Virus record (IMG/VR): IMGVR_UViG_3300042691_038938
DNA length: 64,000 nt
Direction: 5' to 3' (one strand)
DNA from: a virus
Taxonomy: Duplodnaviria; Caudoviricetes
A model generated the notes under the pieces. The model was not told the DNA's origin. It saw nothing but the letters and a program-made list of their open reading frames with translations, and did no database searches. Made by a program: the position numbers and the translations under genes. Position 1 is the stretch's first letter; each line of letters starts with the position of its first letter. Of this stretch, positions 38,029 through 47,304 are shown piece by piece.

Positions 38029-38235
38029 ATGAGTGAATGGAGAGTACGAGATGATCACCGAGCCAATGAGCTTAGTGTGATGCCAGGAGGAAGCGACGTA
38101 AAAGCGCTTTACACAGATGGCAAAATATTAATTTACGACAAAATAAAGAACGTCAAGAAGTATTGCTCCGTTCTTATTTCTAGACCCGAAGTCATTGAGA
38201 TCTGGGTCGATGAGAAACCTTATTGGAAACGCTAA
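38029..38235 (+). CDS. Hypothetical protein
   Basis: 68-aa ORF, first of a + strand early-type cluster. Confidence 0.6.
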   Translation: MSEWRVRDDHRANELSVMPGGSDVKALYTDGKILIYDKIKNVKKYCSVLISRPEVIEIWVDEKPYWKR

Positions 38236-38245
38236 ACAATCATAT

Positions 38246-38659
38246 ATGGAAAATGAAATGGAACAGATGCTTGACTCCTACTATGAGGATTCAGTCGAGC
38301 TTAGGGACAACAAGTTCTTAATTTTTAAGAGAGTCAATGACTATCGTCAGAGCGATCGAATGGCTGCAATGGTCTACCTTGAGGATCGTACTCTTGGAAC
38401 CATGATTGAGCTAGGAACTTACTTTGACGCTTCGTGGAGGTTTCTAACTCCGATGACTGAGAAACTGTTTTGGTCAAACGTTAAGTCCTATCAGGATGAA
38501 ACTAAGGATGTCTTCAACAGGATTAGGTGTCGCATTCCAGATTCTAGAGACCTGTTTATGTATCGTTTGCATTTTTCCAAATTTAGGACCAGCACAGCAG
38601 AAACGATAGACCGACTTAAAAAAATATTTCACGGTGAAGTACAAGACAATAACAATTAG
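38246..38659 (+). CDS. Hypothetical protein
   Basis: Probable start MENEMEQ at 38246. Confidence 0.6.
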   Translation: MENEMEQMLDSYYEDSVELRDNKFLIFKRVNDYRQSDRMAAMVYLEDRTLGTMIELGTYFDASWRFLTPMTEKLFWSNVKSYQDETKDVFNRIRCRIPDSRDLFMYRLHFSKFRTSTAETIDRLKKIFHGEVQDNNN

Positions 38660-38825
38660 AGTTGAACTCTCAGGAGAGAAAGAAGCTCTTCTAAAGACTG
38701 TGACAGACATTGAACTAAAGGTCTCAAAGAAAATAAATCGCGTGATCTGGTGGAGGCGACTCTTTGGAAAGAAGAGTACCATCAATCTGGACAGGGTTAA
38801 CATAACACAATTTCCAAACAATTAA
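38634..38825 (+). CDS. Hypothetical protein
   Basis: 63-aa ORF, GTG start, fills the gap in the cluster. Confidence 0.45.
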   Translation: MKYKTITIRVELSGEKEALLKTVTDIELKVSKKINRVIWWRRLFGKKSTINLDRVNITQFPNN

Positions 38826-38827
38826 TT

Positions 38828-39106
38828 ATGGCAAGATTATATAAGACAGTTGAAGTAGACGCCGAGGTAGAGATAAAGTTCAACGACGTAATCGAATACA
38901 TTGAAGATTACGCGACGAGGGCCGAGATCGCAGAGATCCTAGAGACGATACGTGACGAGAAAGTAGACAATTTTCTTGAAGCAAATAAGCTAGATGGAGA
39001 CTACCTCAAAGAAGAAAAGACTATTCTGCTTTCAAGAGCGGCAAAGAAGTTCACACTACAGGAACTTGAAGAAAAGCTTGGAGGAAATAAATTTGATTTT
39101 ATTTAG
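38828..39106 (+). CDS. Hypothetical protein
   Basis: 92-aa ORF, AT-rich start context. Confidence 0.65.
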   Translation: MARLYKTVEVDAEVEIKFNDVIEYIEDYATRAEIAEILETIRDEKVDNFLEANKLDGDYLKEEKTILLSRAAKKFTLQELEEKLGGNKFDFI

Positions 39107-39162
39107 GTCCTTTTTTACGAGACCTAACTATTAAACAGACGATTATCGCAATTAGAATTACT

Positions 39163-39186
39163 GATAGTCCGCTTAAGTGGACTATC
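39163..39186. terminator. Hairpin between convergent genes
   Basis: GATAGTCCGC-TTAA-GTGGACTATC, 10-bp stem with one G-T pair; no clear T run. Confidence 0.5.
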
Positions 39187-39218
39187 GATTCTATTTCTTG
39201 AGATACCATTTATTAGTG

Positions 39219-39728
39219 CTATTTAAGATTATACTTCTTAGCGAGCATCATCGCTCTTTTCTTATCCATTCCACCGGCCTTATATTGAGCAAGCTTAGCG
39301 TCTGCATAGTCGTTATCCCCGTCTCCGTCCTGGTCTTCTTGCTTCTTCTTTTTAGCGGCAGCTTTCATCTTTTCTTTCTTCTTTGCTTCATTCACAGTAA
39401 AACTCTCAAAGCTCTTAGCTAACTTACTAAATGGGTTGTCCTGCATCATGAGCCCAGCAAGAGGATTTTCTCCGCCTTGATGTTGAGTACTCATTAGGAA
39501 GTTTGCAACCTCTTGGATATCGTCTAGTGAGGAAGCAATGTGATCAACCGCCCAACCATGACCGTCACTTAGGATTGAATCAACCATTTGAGGATCCATT
39601 TCTAGCATCGCATCAATGTGTCTCTTTATGGTCTTTAGGTTTCCGAAGAACATGTAGTTATCAGGTTCCTGCATACAACCACCGTCCATTCCTCCACAAC
39701 CGCATCCACATTCGTAAAGTCTTCTCAT
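39219..39728 (-). CDS. Hypothetical putative internal head protein
   Basis: MRRLYE-CGCGC, DNYMFFGNL..GHGWAVDHI domain, internal KSFESFTVNE, basic tail with DQDGDGDND. Confidence 0.7.
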   Translation of the reverse strand: MRRLYECGCGCGGMDGGCMQEPDNYMFFGNLKTIKRHIDAMLEMDPQMVDSILSDGHGWAVDHIASSLDDIQEVANFLMSTQHQGGENPLAGLMMQDNPFSKLAKSFESFTVNEAKKKEKMKAAAKKKKQEDQDGDGDNDYADAKLAQYKAGGMDKKRAMMLAKKYNLK

Positions 39729-39737
39729 CTCTTTTAA

Positions 39738-40649
39738 TTATTTTCCTTTAGAAGCCTTGATCAAGTTCTTAGCTAGAGTATTTCTCTTATGGGTCTTAGC
39801 ATCCTTCTTGTCAAGCTGAAGTCCAGGTTTCTTTTTATCTTTGTCCTTCTTCTTAAGTTTTGCCTCGCTCTTATCGATGTCAGATATATTCATCTTCTCA
39901 CCTTTTTTCATTCCCATTTCCTTGCGAAGAGCTCCCTTCTTCATGTCTCCAACAACTCCTCCGATCCATTTGTCTTTCTTAGCTTCATTTACGAATTGTG
40001 AGAAGCTCATGATTCCCCTAGACTCCTGTACTCCAGGTTGAGTTGCAGTATCCAATTCGCCTTCAACTGGGGCAGCAGGTACAGTTCCTGAAGTAACTTG
40101 ACTATCACTAGGCGCGACTCCAGTAGTGCCGACTGGCTGAGCATCAAGGGATTGATCTAGGTTAAATCGTACTGCTACTGGAATAGACGTGTCTCCAGTA
40201 ACGAATTCAGACTGGTATGTTCCTCCGACCATTCCATCCTTCATGTCTTTAAACTGTTCATCACTAATCACAAAAGAGATCGCATCAGGATCGTCTTGCG
40301 AACCAGTGGTCTGTTTTCCAGCTATACTTATCTTCATTGATACAGTAACGACATCTAATGAAGTTTGCTTATTCATGAACTTAGCATCAGGCTTGAGTAG
40401 AGTACCGTCTTTTTCTAACTGTTCAACTTCCGCCTTTGTGAAGAGAGAGTCAAGTATATGAGTCTTCGCAAGCTCTTCAAAGTTTAAGACCGCAGGTTCA
40501 TCAGTAGATGAAACGTTCGCTTTTATTTGAGTCGAATCGCTAGGCACGCTCGCTTCTGGAGCGGCCGGTGTTCCCATTTCTTCTGGGCTTAGAGGCTCTC
40601 CCGCTTGTTCAGCTTCGAATATCTTTGCAAAATTAAAGTACTTATGCAT
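39738..40649 (-). CDS. Hypothetical putative internal head protein with basic C-terminal peptide
   Basis: MHKYFNFAKIFE; internal IMSFSQFVNE followed by Lys-rich KKGALRKEMG...LAKNL. Confidence 0.7.
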   Translation of the reverse strand: MHKYFNFAKIFEAEQAGEPLSPEEMGTPAAPEASVPSDSTQIKANVSSTDEPAVLNFEELAKTHILDSLFTKAEVEQLEKDGTLLKPDAKFMNKQTSLDVVTVSMKISIAGKQTTGSQDDPDAISFVISDEQFKDMKDGMVGGTYQSEFVTGDTSIPVAVRFNLDQSLDAQPVGTTGVAPSDSQVTSGTVPAAPVEGELDTATQPGVQESRGIMSFSQFVNEAKKDKWIGGVVGDMKKGALRKEMGMKKGEKMNISDIDKSEAKLKKKDKDKKKPGLQLDKKDAKTHKRNTLAKNLIKASKGK

Positions 40650-40675
40650 TAGTATTTCCTTTTTTGTTATTTATC

Positions 40676-41416
40676 TTAATCAGAATAGATTTTAGAATAG
40701 AGATCAGACATTAAGTCTATCATCTCTTCTATCGTACCTTCCCTTCTTAGTTCCTTGAAGACTAAATTCTCGACTGAGAACTCTCCTCCTGAAGCAAGAC
40801 CTGACTTCCGGTCAGCTAATACCTTCCTTTTGAGTCTCTCAACATACTCATACAGGATCTTAGCTTCCATTCCGGAGATAGACTTTGCTCTCTTCTTCAT
40901 CATCTCTACTTCTGCCTGAATCACTCTCTTCTTTTCAGAAACGTCCTTTTGATCGATCTGTGGAGGATTGTATTGTGGAACTATTATCCACTTTCCTTTA
41001 AGAAGAGAATAGAGACCTGAAGCGGTGTGTTGTTCGTCTTTGTGTTGTACATAGCATTCCACATCATGTCCTCTAAGGACTACTGGATGCCGTTGGTTCC
41101 ACATAAATCTCTGACCATCCAATGCCTTTCTTACTAAATCGATGTTTGAGTCGACTTGTGAAAAATCAACTATTAAGTGAACATCTAGGTCAGAGTCACG
41201 ATTCCAGTTATAGTTAGCCAACGAGCCAGTCAGCTGTACGTCAATGATCGGAACATCGAGCTTTAAGGATTCCCAAAAGTCCTTGGCTATCTGTAAGAGA
41301 GTCTTTCTGATCTCAGGCTTCATTTGATTTTCCTCCCATATCTTTGGACAGAGATCCTTATGATACTCAACCTTTTCGTTGATCCACTCGCTAAATTTTC
41401 TAGCTCGATTTTTCAA
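40676..41416 (-). CDS. Pol-beta superfamily nucleotidyltransferase
   Basis: DVQLTGSLANYNW..SDLDVH (hG[GS]..DxD), VECYVQ, GEFSVENLVFK; TTG start. Confidence 0.88.
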   Translation of the reverse strand: MKNRARKFSEWINEKVEYHKDLCPKIWEENQMKPEIRKTLLQIAKDFWESLKLDVPIIDVQLTGSLANYNWNRDSDLDVHLIVDFSQVDSNIDLVRKALDGQRFMWNQRHPVVLRGHDVECYVQHKDEQHTASGLYSLLKGKWIIVPQYNPPQIDQKDVSEKKRVIQAEVEMMKKRAKSISGMEAKILYEYVERLKRKVLADRKSGLASGGEFSVENLVFKELRREGTIEEMIDLMSDLYSKIYSD

Positions 41417-41435
41417 AATAAGAGATAATTTGTAT

Positions 41436-41464
41436 TATTTATCTGATTATTCTTTTGATAAATA
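41436..41464. promoter_or_regulatory. Back-to-back pair of GATAAATA late-promoter-like motifs
   Basis: TATTTATC at 41436-41443 (minus) and GATAAATA at 41457-41464 (plus) between divergent genes. Confidence 0.7.
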
Positions 41465-41470
41465 ATGAAT

Positions 41471-42397
41471 ATGAAACACGTTAAATCATACTCCTCAATA
41501 AATGAGTCAGTTCTTCAAAACGGAATAGTCCTAATCAAGGGAAAGCCTAGAGGTAAGGACAAGGAGAAGATGTTGTATGCAGGTCACGTGATGAGTTCTG
41601 CTGAGCTTAGACCTGGTGCAACCATGCTCTTTATGTCAGACCAGTTCTATAGAATAATAAAAGAAGGAGATCGACTGAAGGGAGTGAAGATAAACTGGAG
41701 GAGTGAAGAGTCACTAAAGGATTCACTAAACTTGAAGTCTCCAGGAAAGATAAGCATCGTTAAGAATAACAATAAGACTCCATATCATTGGAAGACACTA
41801 AAAGAGACTACAATCTCACAGGCACTAGACAGAGTTAGGGACGACATCGACGGTTCAGATTATCTCTTTGAGTCAGTTGACCAGACAGCAGGGGGCTCTA
41901 CTTACGCTAAGTTCGTCAAAGCTGCAGTAGATTCGATATTCGGAGGAGAAAAGAAAGCTGTCGTTCTTTCATGGACTGCGACTGACGCGATGGATCTCGT
42001 CGAACCTGACGAAGACAGTACTGTCGCTGAGCATGAAGCAAAGATTCAATTCATATTTATAGATCCGAGTCTAGTCAAAGAATTAGAGGAAATGGGTGCA
42101 AGCACTAGGGGCGACCTGTACTTAGAGATCTCATCTAACTTGACTTATTCTAGTTGGTATGATCCTGGAGATTACATGAATCCGCCTGATGGAGACACTG
42201 AGATAACTGATGCTGAGCATGAGATAGTCGACATATCTATAAGTAACGTGGAATATGACGCAAATTTCGTTGAATTTGAACTCAACCCCATAAAAAAGAC
42301 CATCAGTACTGCGTTAACTGGATCAAATGACGTTGACGATTTTCTTATCTCTTCTCCTAGATCCTACACAAATTTTGAGAAATATTTTAATATTTAA
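41471..42397 (+). CDS. Hypothetical protein, putative internal head protein
   Basis: Probable start MKHVKSYSSINE, 6 nt after GATAAATA. Confidence 0.7.
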   Translation: MKHVKSYSSINESVLQNGIVLIKGKPRGKDKEKMLYAGHVMSSAELRPGATMLFMSDQFYRIIKEGDRLKGVKINWRSEESLKDSLNLKSPGKISIVKNNNKTPYHWKTLKETTISQALDRVRDDIDGSDYLFESVDQTAGGSTYAKFVKAAVDSIFGGEKKAVVLSWTATDAMDLVEPDEDSTVAEHEAKIQFIFIDPSLVKELEEMGASTRGDLYLEISSNLTYSSWYDPGDYMNPPDGDTEITDAEHEIVDISISNVEYDANFVEFELNPIKKTISTALTGSNDVDDFLISSPRSYTNFEKYFNI

Positions 42398-42429
42398 CTT
42401 TCTTTAAGTATCTTTTCAAAAAGGAAAGA

Positions 42430-42828
42430 ATGGAAAAGTGTTATCACATGAATGATTCTGAATTCGAGGAATTCTTAGAATCAATCGGAGGTCTCGAAAA
42501 TGGGTACTATACTGATCGACCTCGTATCGTATCCAAAGGATTTTTTGAAGTTGACCCCGGCTGGTATGGTCTTATTAAGGAGCTCATTGAAGAAATCATT
42601 GCTCTTGGCTGGGACAAGCAAATATGTCAAGTAAAAGAGAAATTTGGAGGTCTTCGATTCTACATCAACTCTGCAAGCAATGAGATTCATGACAGGATAA
42701 GTGAAGCTGAGAAACTAAGTTACTCGGTTTGTGAGAAGTGTGGAAATCCTGGAAAGCTTAGAAACAATCGACGTTGGGTTCTCACACTGTGTGACCAGCA
42801 TGATGCTGAACCTAAAAAAACTAATTAA
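42430..42828 (+). CDS. Conserved phage protein (KEKFGGLRFY family) with C-terminal zinc finger
   Basis: QVKEKFGGLRFY; CEKCG...TLCDQH. Confidence 0.75.
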   Translation: MEKCYHMNDSEFEEFLESIGGLENGYYTDRPRIVSKGFFEVDPGWYGLIKELIEEIIALGWDKQICQVKEKFGGLRFYINSASNEIHDRISEAEKLSYSVCEKCGNPGKLRNNRRWVLTLCDQHDAEPKKTN

Positions 42829-42829
42829 C

Positions 42830-43132
42830 ATGGCAAAGAAAAGAATGAGCATGCAAGAAAAGCATCAAGAGACGATCATTGATATGATCAATGAGATGTT
42901 CAAATTCGCCGGTCATGACGTGACCTATGACGACATTAAGGATCGTAAGGACGATTGGTACATGCAGTGGACCATGACTCACGCACAGTACGATGAGTGG
43001 CGAGCTTGGGGATCAACTTACCTTAAGAAGAAGTACAATTGGAACAAGACTCTAATCGAAAGAGAGATGTCGATGTTTGGACTCATGTGGGGACTCAAGT
43101 TCAGCGACAGTCCACAATACTTTTCAAAATGA
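42830..43132 (+). CDS. Hypothetical protein
   Basis: Probable start MAKKRMS at 42830; Trp-rich. Confidence 0.6.
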   Translation: MAKKRMSMQEKHQETIIDMINEMFKFAGHDVTYDDIKDRKDDWYMQWTMTHAQYDEWRAWGSTYLKKKYNWNKTLIEREMSMFGLMWGLKFSDSPQYFSK

Positions 43133-43545
43133 AGAAGCTTTTCTTAGATGACATTCGTATCCCAAAGGATGCGATCACTCTAGTGCCAAGCCAATTTAAT
43201 AAGTTCTACTGGGAAAACGATTGGGACATAGTTAGGACATACGATGAGTTCATGCAATATCTTACGTCAAGAGGCATGCCTGATTTTGTTTCCTTTGATC
43301 ATGATCTTGCTGACTTTCACTATGATTTCAAGCCTGAGGATTATGAATCCATGAGTGAGGAGGAGATGATCGCTAAATTCGGCAGCATGGAAAAGACCGG
43401 ATTAGACTGTGCTAAAGCTCTGGTAGACTATTGCGGAATCTCCGATAAAAAATTACCAAATTACTTAGTACACTCAGCTAACCCAACAGGTAAGGAAAAC
43501 ATAGAGAAGTTTTTAATTAACGCTAAAAAGCATCTTAATATTTAA
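43129..43545 (+). CDS. Cyclic-phosphate-processing receiver domain protein
   Basis: KLFLDDIR.P, W.IVRTYDEF, SFDHDL, TGLDCAK.L, VHSANPTG. Confidence 0.85.
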   Translation: MKKLFLDDIRIPKDAITLVPSQFNKFYWENDWDIVRTYDEFMQYLTSRGMPDFVSFDHDLADFHYDFKPEDYESMSEEEMIAKFGSMEKTGLDCAKALVDYCGISDKKLPNYLVHSANPTGKENIEKFLINAKKHLNI

Positions 43546-43580
43546 TTGGTTCTTTCGAGCCTTACGCAAAACAGTTTATC

Positions 43581-43763
43581 ATGATGAACACATCTTTTTT
43601 ATTGTTAGTCGGGATTGTCGCGAACTTAGGGTGCTGGATTTTCTCAACAGCCACGATGGTCAATGGAGAGCACAATAGAACCGCTTTTGTTATAAAATCA
43701 GTCTTCTATTGGTTTTCAGCTATAATCAATGTATTACTCGGTATTTTAATAATGGAATCATAA
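43581..43763 (+). CDS. Small two-TM membrane protein
   Basis: 60-aa hydrophobic ORF. Confidence 0.55.
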   Translation: MMNTSFLLLVGIVANLGCWIFSTATMVNGEHNRTAFVIKSVFYWFSAIINVLLGILIMES

Positions 43764-43960
43764 TGGAGTGGAAAAAAATAAAGAGCAAGACCTGGTGCTT
43801 TCAATTAGGCGACGAACCAGAATTGATCCATGTGATCAAGACAGGATTTGAAGACATGTATATGGTGGTGCATGAAGACGCGTACCAACAGTTAATAGGT
43901 AAAGTTGAATTTGGAACCAAAAGGGATGTTGAAGTAAGATATAAAATAGAATTAACATGA
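43763..43960 (+). CDS. Hypothetical protein
   Basis: Probable start MEWKKIK overlapping the upstream stop. Confidence 0.55.
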   Translation: MEWKKIKSKTWCFQLGDEPELIHVIKTGFEDMYMVVHEDAYQQLIGKVEFGTKRDVEVRYKIELT

Positions 43961-44445
43961 AAAAAGAAAAAAGAATAATCTTAAATCAGATTGAAACGCC
44001 GGACGGCACTGTGTTAAAATCAATGCATGTTCACGATTACGTGACCTATACTGACAAGAACGGTCGAGTATACATGGTAGACGGAGGAAACGAATACTTG
44101 AGAAGAAACGTTCACAGGACCGAGCTCTCCGCTTGGATGAAGACAAAGGTTTTTCTACTAAAACTAATTGGTAAGACTTGGAAGGATCCGCTTGAATTCA
44201 AAGAGATCAGCATCTATAGCGATGCTCCCTTTGAGGTGATTCGTGAGAACTTCCACAGAGGAGGTAGAGGCAAGGATGGACGTCAGCCTCTGGCTTGGGT
44301 GCCGATGTCTGAGATGAGCGATGCTTGGCTAAAAGCGTGTATCTCATACAATAATGAAAGAGGCTTAGGAAGTAGCTTCGCTAATAAGATGTATCACAAG
44401 GAACTAAAATACCGAAAAGCTAACGGGATCAGTATTGAGGATTAA
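43957..44445 (+). CDS. Conserved phage hypothetical protein (DGGNEYLRR family)
   Basis: TPDGTVLKSMHVHDYV...MVDGGNEYLRR. Confidence 0.7.
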   Translation: MKKEKRIILNQIETPDGTVLKSMHVHDYVTYTDKNGRVYMVDGGNEYLRRNVHRTELSAWMKTKVFLLKLIGKTWKDPLEFKEISIYSDAPFEVIRENFHRGGRGKDGRQPLAWVPMSEMSDAWLKACISYNNERGLGSSFANKMYHKELKYRKANGISIED

Positions 44446-45106
44446 CGTTTGGATCTATTACTTTTGTTGGATCTAAAGTAGAAGCAATCTCTTCTTTGTC
44501 CTCCTTCGGTAGAGGAATATCACCTTCTTCAAACTCAATAGGAGGAGGCGCAACAAAAGCTAGAGTCTTAGCTAATTCCTCTCCTCCGGGTAATTTAGAA
44601 ACATCAAACGCGTCTAAGTCAGGTAAAAATTCTCGGTTACCACCTTCATATACGAAAATCGCCTTAGCTAAAGTTTTGAACATGAGAATAGCGCTAGGGT
44701 CCGTCTCTTGATACCCTTTAAATTCAGGTAGTTTAGAGGTAGCTGTCGTACTAGGATTCCAACTCTTTTTAAGTTGTGAAGTTACATAATTAATGTATGC
44801 AGTAGACCCACCCGCGTAAACTTCTATGATGCCTTTGACTGTAAACAATTTTTTGACCGTGAAGTATTTAGATAAATTACCTAGTCCTGCACGTATTCCG
44901 TTTTCTAAAGTATCAAAGACTACAAATGGTTTTCCGCTATTTGAAGCAATCTTGTATCCAGTAACTCCCTTATAGTTTAAGGTTTTATCGTTCATGACGA
45001 TATTGAACGGGTTGTTATCCGCACGAGTAGAAAAGGATCCAGGTAACTTTACTTTACCTCCCTCATTTAAGCTGACCCAATTATAGTATTCAAGTATGTG
45101 TTTCAT
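44429..45106 (-). CDS. Lysozyme-like virion protein (NNPxNI family)
   Basis: RADNNPFNI, F.TLENGIRAG..L..Y, TV..II..YA; N-terminal MKHILEYYNWVSLNE. Confidence 0.65.
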   Translation of the reverse strand: MKHILEYYNWVSLNEGGKVKLPGSFSTRADNNPFNIVMNDKTLNYKGVTGYKIASNSGKPFVVFDTLENGIRAGLGNLSKYFTVKKLFTVKGIIEVYAGGSTAYINYVTSQLKKSWNPSTTATSKLPEFKGYQETDPSAILMFKTLAKAIFVYEGGNREFLPDLDAFDVSKLPGGEELAKTLAFVAPPPIEFEEGDIPLPKEDKEEIASTLDPTKVIDPNVNPQY

Positions 45107-45107
45107 C

Positions 45108-46484
45108 TTATGCTAACCAGCTTTCGATATCTTCGTCTCCTGATGTTTTGAAAGGATCTTCAAACTCTTCAGATTTGATCCCAAGTAGGGCACCCAAACT
45201 CACGTCAGCCTCCTTGATCTTTCCTGTAACTATGTATGCAATGAATTTACTAACAGTCCCATCAAGGGTGTGTTTTTTGATCATTGAAGGAATTGAAGCG
45301 TATTCACCAGCGATTGGAAGCTCTCTACGATACTGTTCAGGCTGTGCCTCTCTAGCACCAGTCTCAGGTTCACGTTGCTCCTCATCTGGACTAAATTTCT
45401 TAGTAGATATTCGATACAGATGGTACCAGCCTCCGCCTTTTCTCTGTATTTCCTGATTCTCTTTTTCTAAATCAAATCCTGGAGTCTTTGAGTATGCGCT
45501 TATCGCTCCCTCAGTTCCAGCTCTACCTTCGTTGTACAGCTTTTGTCTAAAGTCTCTAAACTCAGTAAACAGCATTCCATATAATCTCATTGGATTTGAT
45601 TCCATCTCGTCAGCAAGAGCAGTGATCTCTCCAGGAGCAGAGCTCATCGCGTAAGAGGACTCAACTTTGGCTGCAAGCCGCGCTTGCATGTTGCCGTTCA
45701 TCTTGGGATACATTGAATTTAGCTTGTTTGCAACGACTCTCACAAAATCGGCTGAGCTTGTCTTAGAGGATTCTCTCTCCATTCTAGTCTCTCTAGGCTC
45801 GCCTGCTCCTTGTGAATGCGGGGCTGGTGCAGCCATCACGTATGCATTAACTGACTCTTCGTCCCTATTAGATGCCCATTTTTTACCACCGAATCCTTTG
45901 ACTCTAGACCTTACGAATTCTTGTACCTTTCCTGCTGTGTTTCCTCCCTTATCAAGGTGTGCTTTTCTAATGTCTCCAAGGTCAGCTGATCTTGTCGTCA
46001 TCTCAGAAAAACCAAAATCGACTGCACTCTTTTTTATAGGGTCCCATGCGATCACCGCATATTGTGAACCTACTGCACCGACGCTCGGTTTCTTATTATA
46101 GATGAACACAAATAGGTCGTAATCTGGATGCACAATAAAGGATCGGTTCTCTCCATAAGGTAGGGATCTTAAGAACCAGATCAAGTCAGTGTATTCAGCG
46201 CTACCTAATTTTCCAGTGTCATCAGTATCGTTATTGAAAGGAGACTCTGTGCTCGTCCAGCCTCTAAGCTCAACCGGCGCTGGAATCTCAATTTCAGGAG
46301 AAGGTCTGTGATACTTATAAGGCATGGGAACTGCTCGTCTAGCCTTATATGTGTGTCCCATTCTAGGATACTTTTCGTTATAGTGTTCGGGTTTCTGATG
46401 TATTGCAGAGATCATCTTCTTAGGAATCCCGATTTGACTCAAGTTAGAGTCCTCAAATATTGAGATGAAGTAATTAAAATCCAT
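45108..46484 (-). CDS. Hypothetical protein
   Basis: 458-aa ORF, MDFNYFISIFE, GATAAATA at 46505-46512. Confidence 0.75.
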   Translation of the reverse strand: MDFNYFISIFEDSNLSQIGIPKKMISAIHQKPEHYNEKYPRMGHTYKARRAVPMPYKYHRPSPEIEIPAPVELRGWTSTESPFNNDTDDTGKLGSAEYTDLIWFLRSLPYGENRSFIVHPDYDLFVFIYNKKPSVGAVGSQYAVIAWDPIKKSAVDFGFSEMTTRSADLGDIRKAHLDKGGNTAGKVQEFVRSRVKGFGGKKWASNRDEESVNAYVMAAPAPHSQGAGEPRETRMERESSKTSSADFVRVVANKLNSMYPKMNGNMQARLAAKVESSYAMSSAPGEITALADEMESNPMRLYGMLFTEFRDFRQKLYNEGRAGTEGAISAYSKTPGFDLEKENQEIQRKGGGWYHLYRISTKKFSPDEEQREPETGAREAQPEQYRRELPIAGEYASIPSMIKKHTLDGTVSKFIAYIVTGKIKEADVSLGALLGIKSEEFEDPFKTSGDEDIESWLA

Positions 46485-46593
46485 TTCTAGAGGAATGTTT
46501 TTATTATTTATCTTTTTATTCTCTCTAGATTTTAATAGTAAGAAGCTTTTAGTACATTAGTCAAAACATTGAGTAACCGTTAAACATAAAAAG

Positions 46594-46619
46594 AAAAGCG
46601 AGCTTAAAGGCTCGCTTTT
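46594..46619. terminator. Bidirectional Rho-independent terminator
   Basis: AAAAGCGAGC-TTAAAG-GCTCGCTTTT downstream of the GH19 gene. Confidence 0.85.
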
Positions 46620-46642
46620 TTATTTTACAGACGGTAAGCCTT

Positions 46643-47254
46643 TTATTTTACATAATTGTAATATTTATAAGTAAGCTCTTTTCTGTGCTCTAATCCATTA
46701 GTTCCTCCATTAATTCTCTTTGTTAGAGCTAGGATTGCCGCATCAGTTATTCCTTGATCACAGATGGTCCATAGCTTGTTTCGGTCAAAGAAAAACATTG
46801 CAGACTCAAAAGCATATGTTGTTGCGACTAAGTCAGGGTTTTCCATTATCTCAGGTTTCTTCAAATAGTCGGAGAAGTTCTTATAATTGGATTTTCCTGT
46901 CAACTGTAGGGCACCTCTTCCTCTATATTTCCAGCCGTCTCCTGATGTCTCATCCCCATTACCCATTCTGCTCGCATAAACTCTATTAGCAATCTTTTCA
47001 GGTTGTCGAGCATAGGACTCTTCAAGCGTTCCAGGAAAATACTTTCCAAAGGTTCCTTGTAATCCTTGAGCCGAATAATTTAGGTTTTCACTAAACGCCT
47101 TGAATACTCCAGTCTCATGTGAGGTTTGAGCAAAGAAGTGAGCTGCTCTCACCGGAGTTAGCTTATAATAAGCCATCGCGGCCTTCATTGTTCCAGGACC
47201 AAACGCACCATCGGTAGTAGTTCCTATCTTTTCTTGTAAACTTTTTAAACTCAT
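46643..47254 (-). CDS. Glycoside hydrolase family 19 endolysin
   Basis: DGAFGPGT PG-binding-like start, AAHFFAQTSHETG, ENLNYS, YRGRGALQLTGKSNY, TKRINGGTNGLEHR. Confidence 0.93.
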   Translation of the reverse strand: MSLKSLQEKIGTTTDGAFGPGTMKAAMAYYKLTPVRAAHFFAQTSHETGVFKAFSENLNYSAQGLQGTFGKYFPGTLEESYARQPEKIANRVYASRMGNGDETSGDGWKYRGRGALQLTGKSNYKNFSDYLKKPEIMENPDLVATTYAFESAMFFFDRNKLWTICDQGITDAAILALTKRINGGTNGLEHRKELTYKYYNYVK

Positions 47255-47304
47255 CTTACACTGTTTTCTTATTATTTATTAAATAAATAAAGAAAAAGAC
47301 TTTT

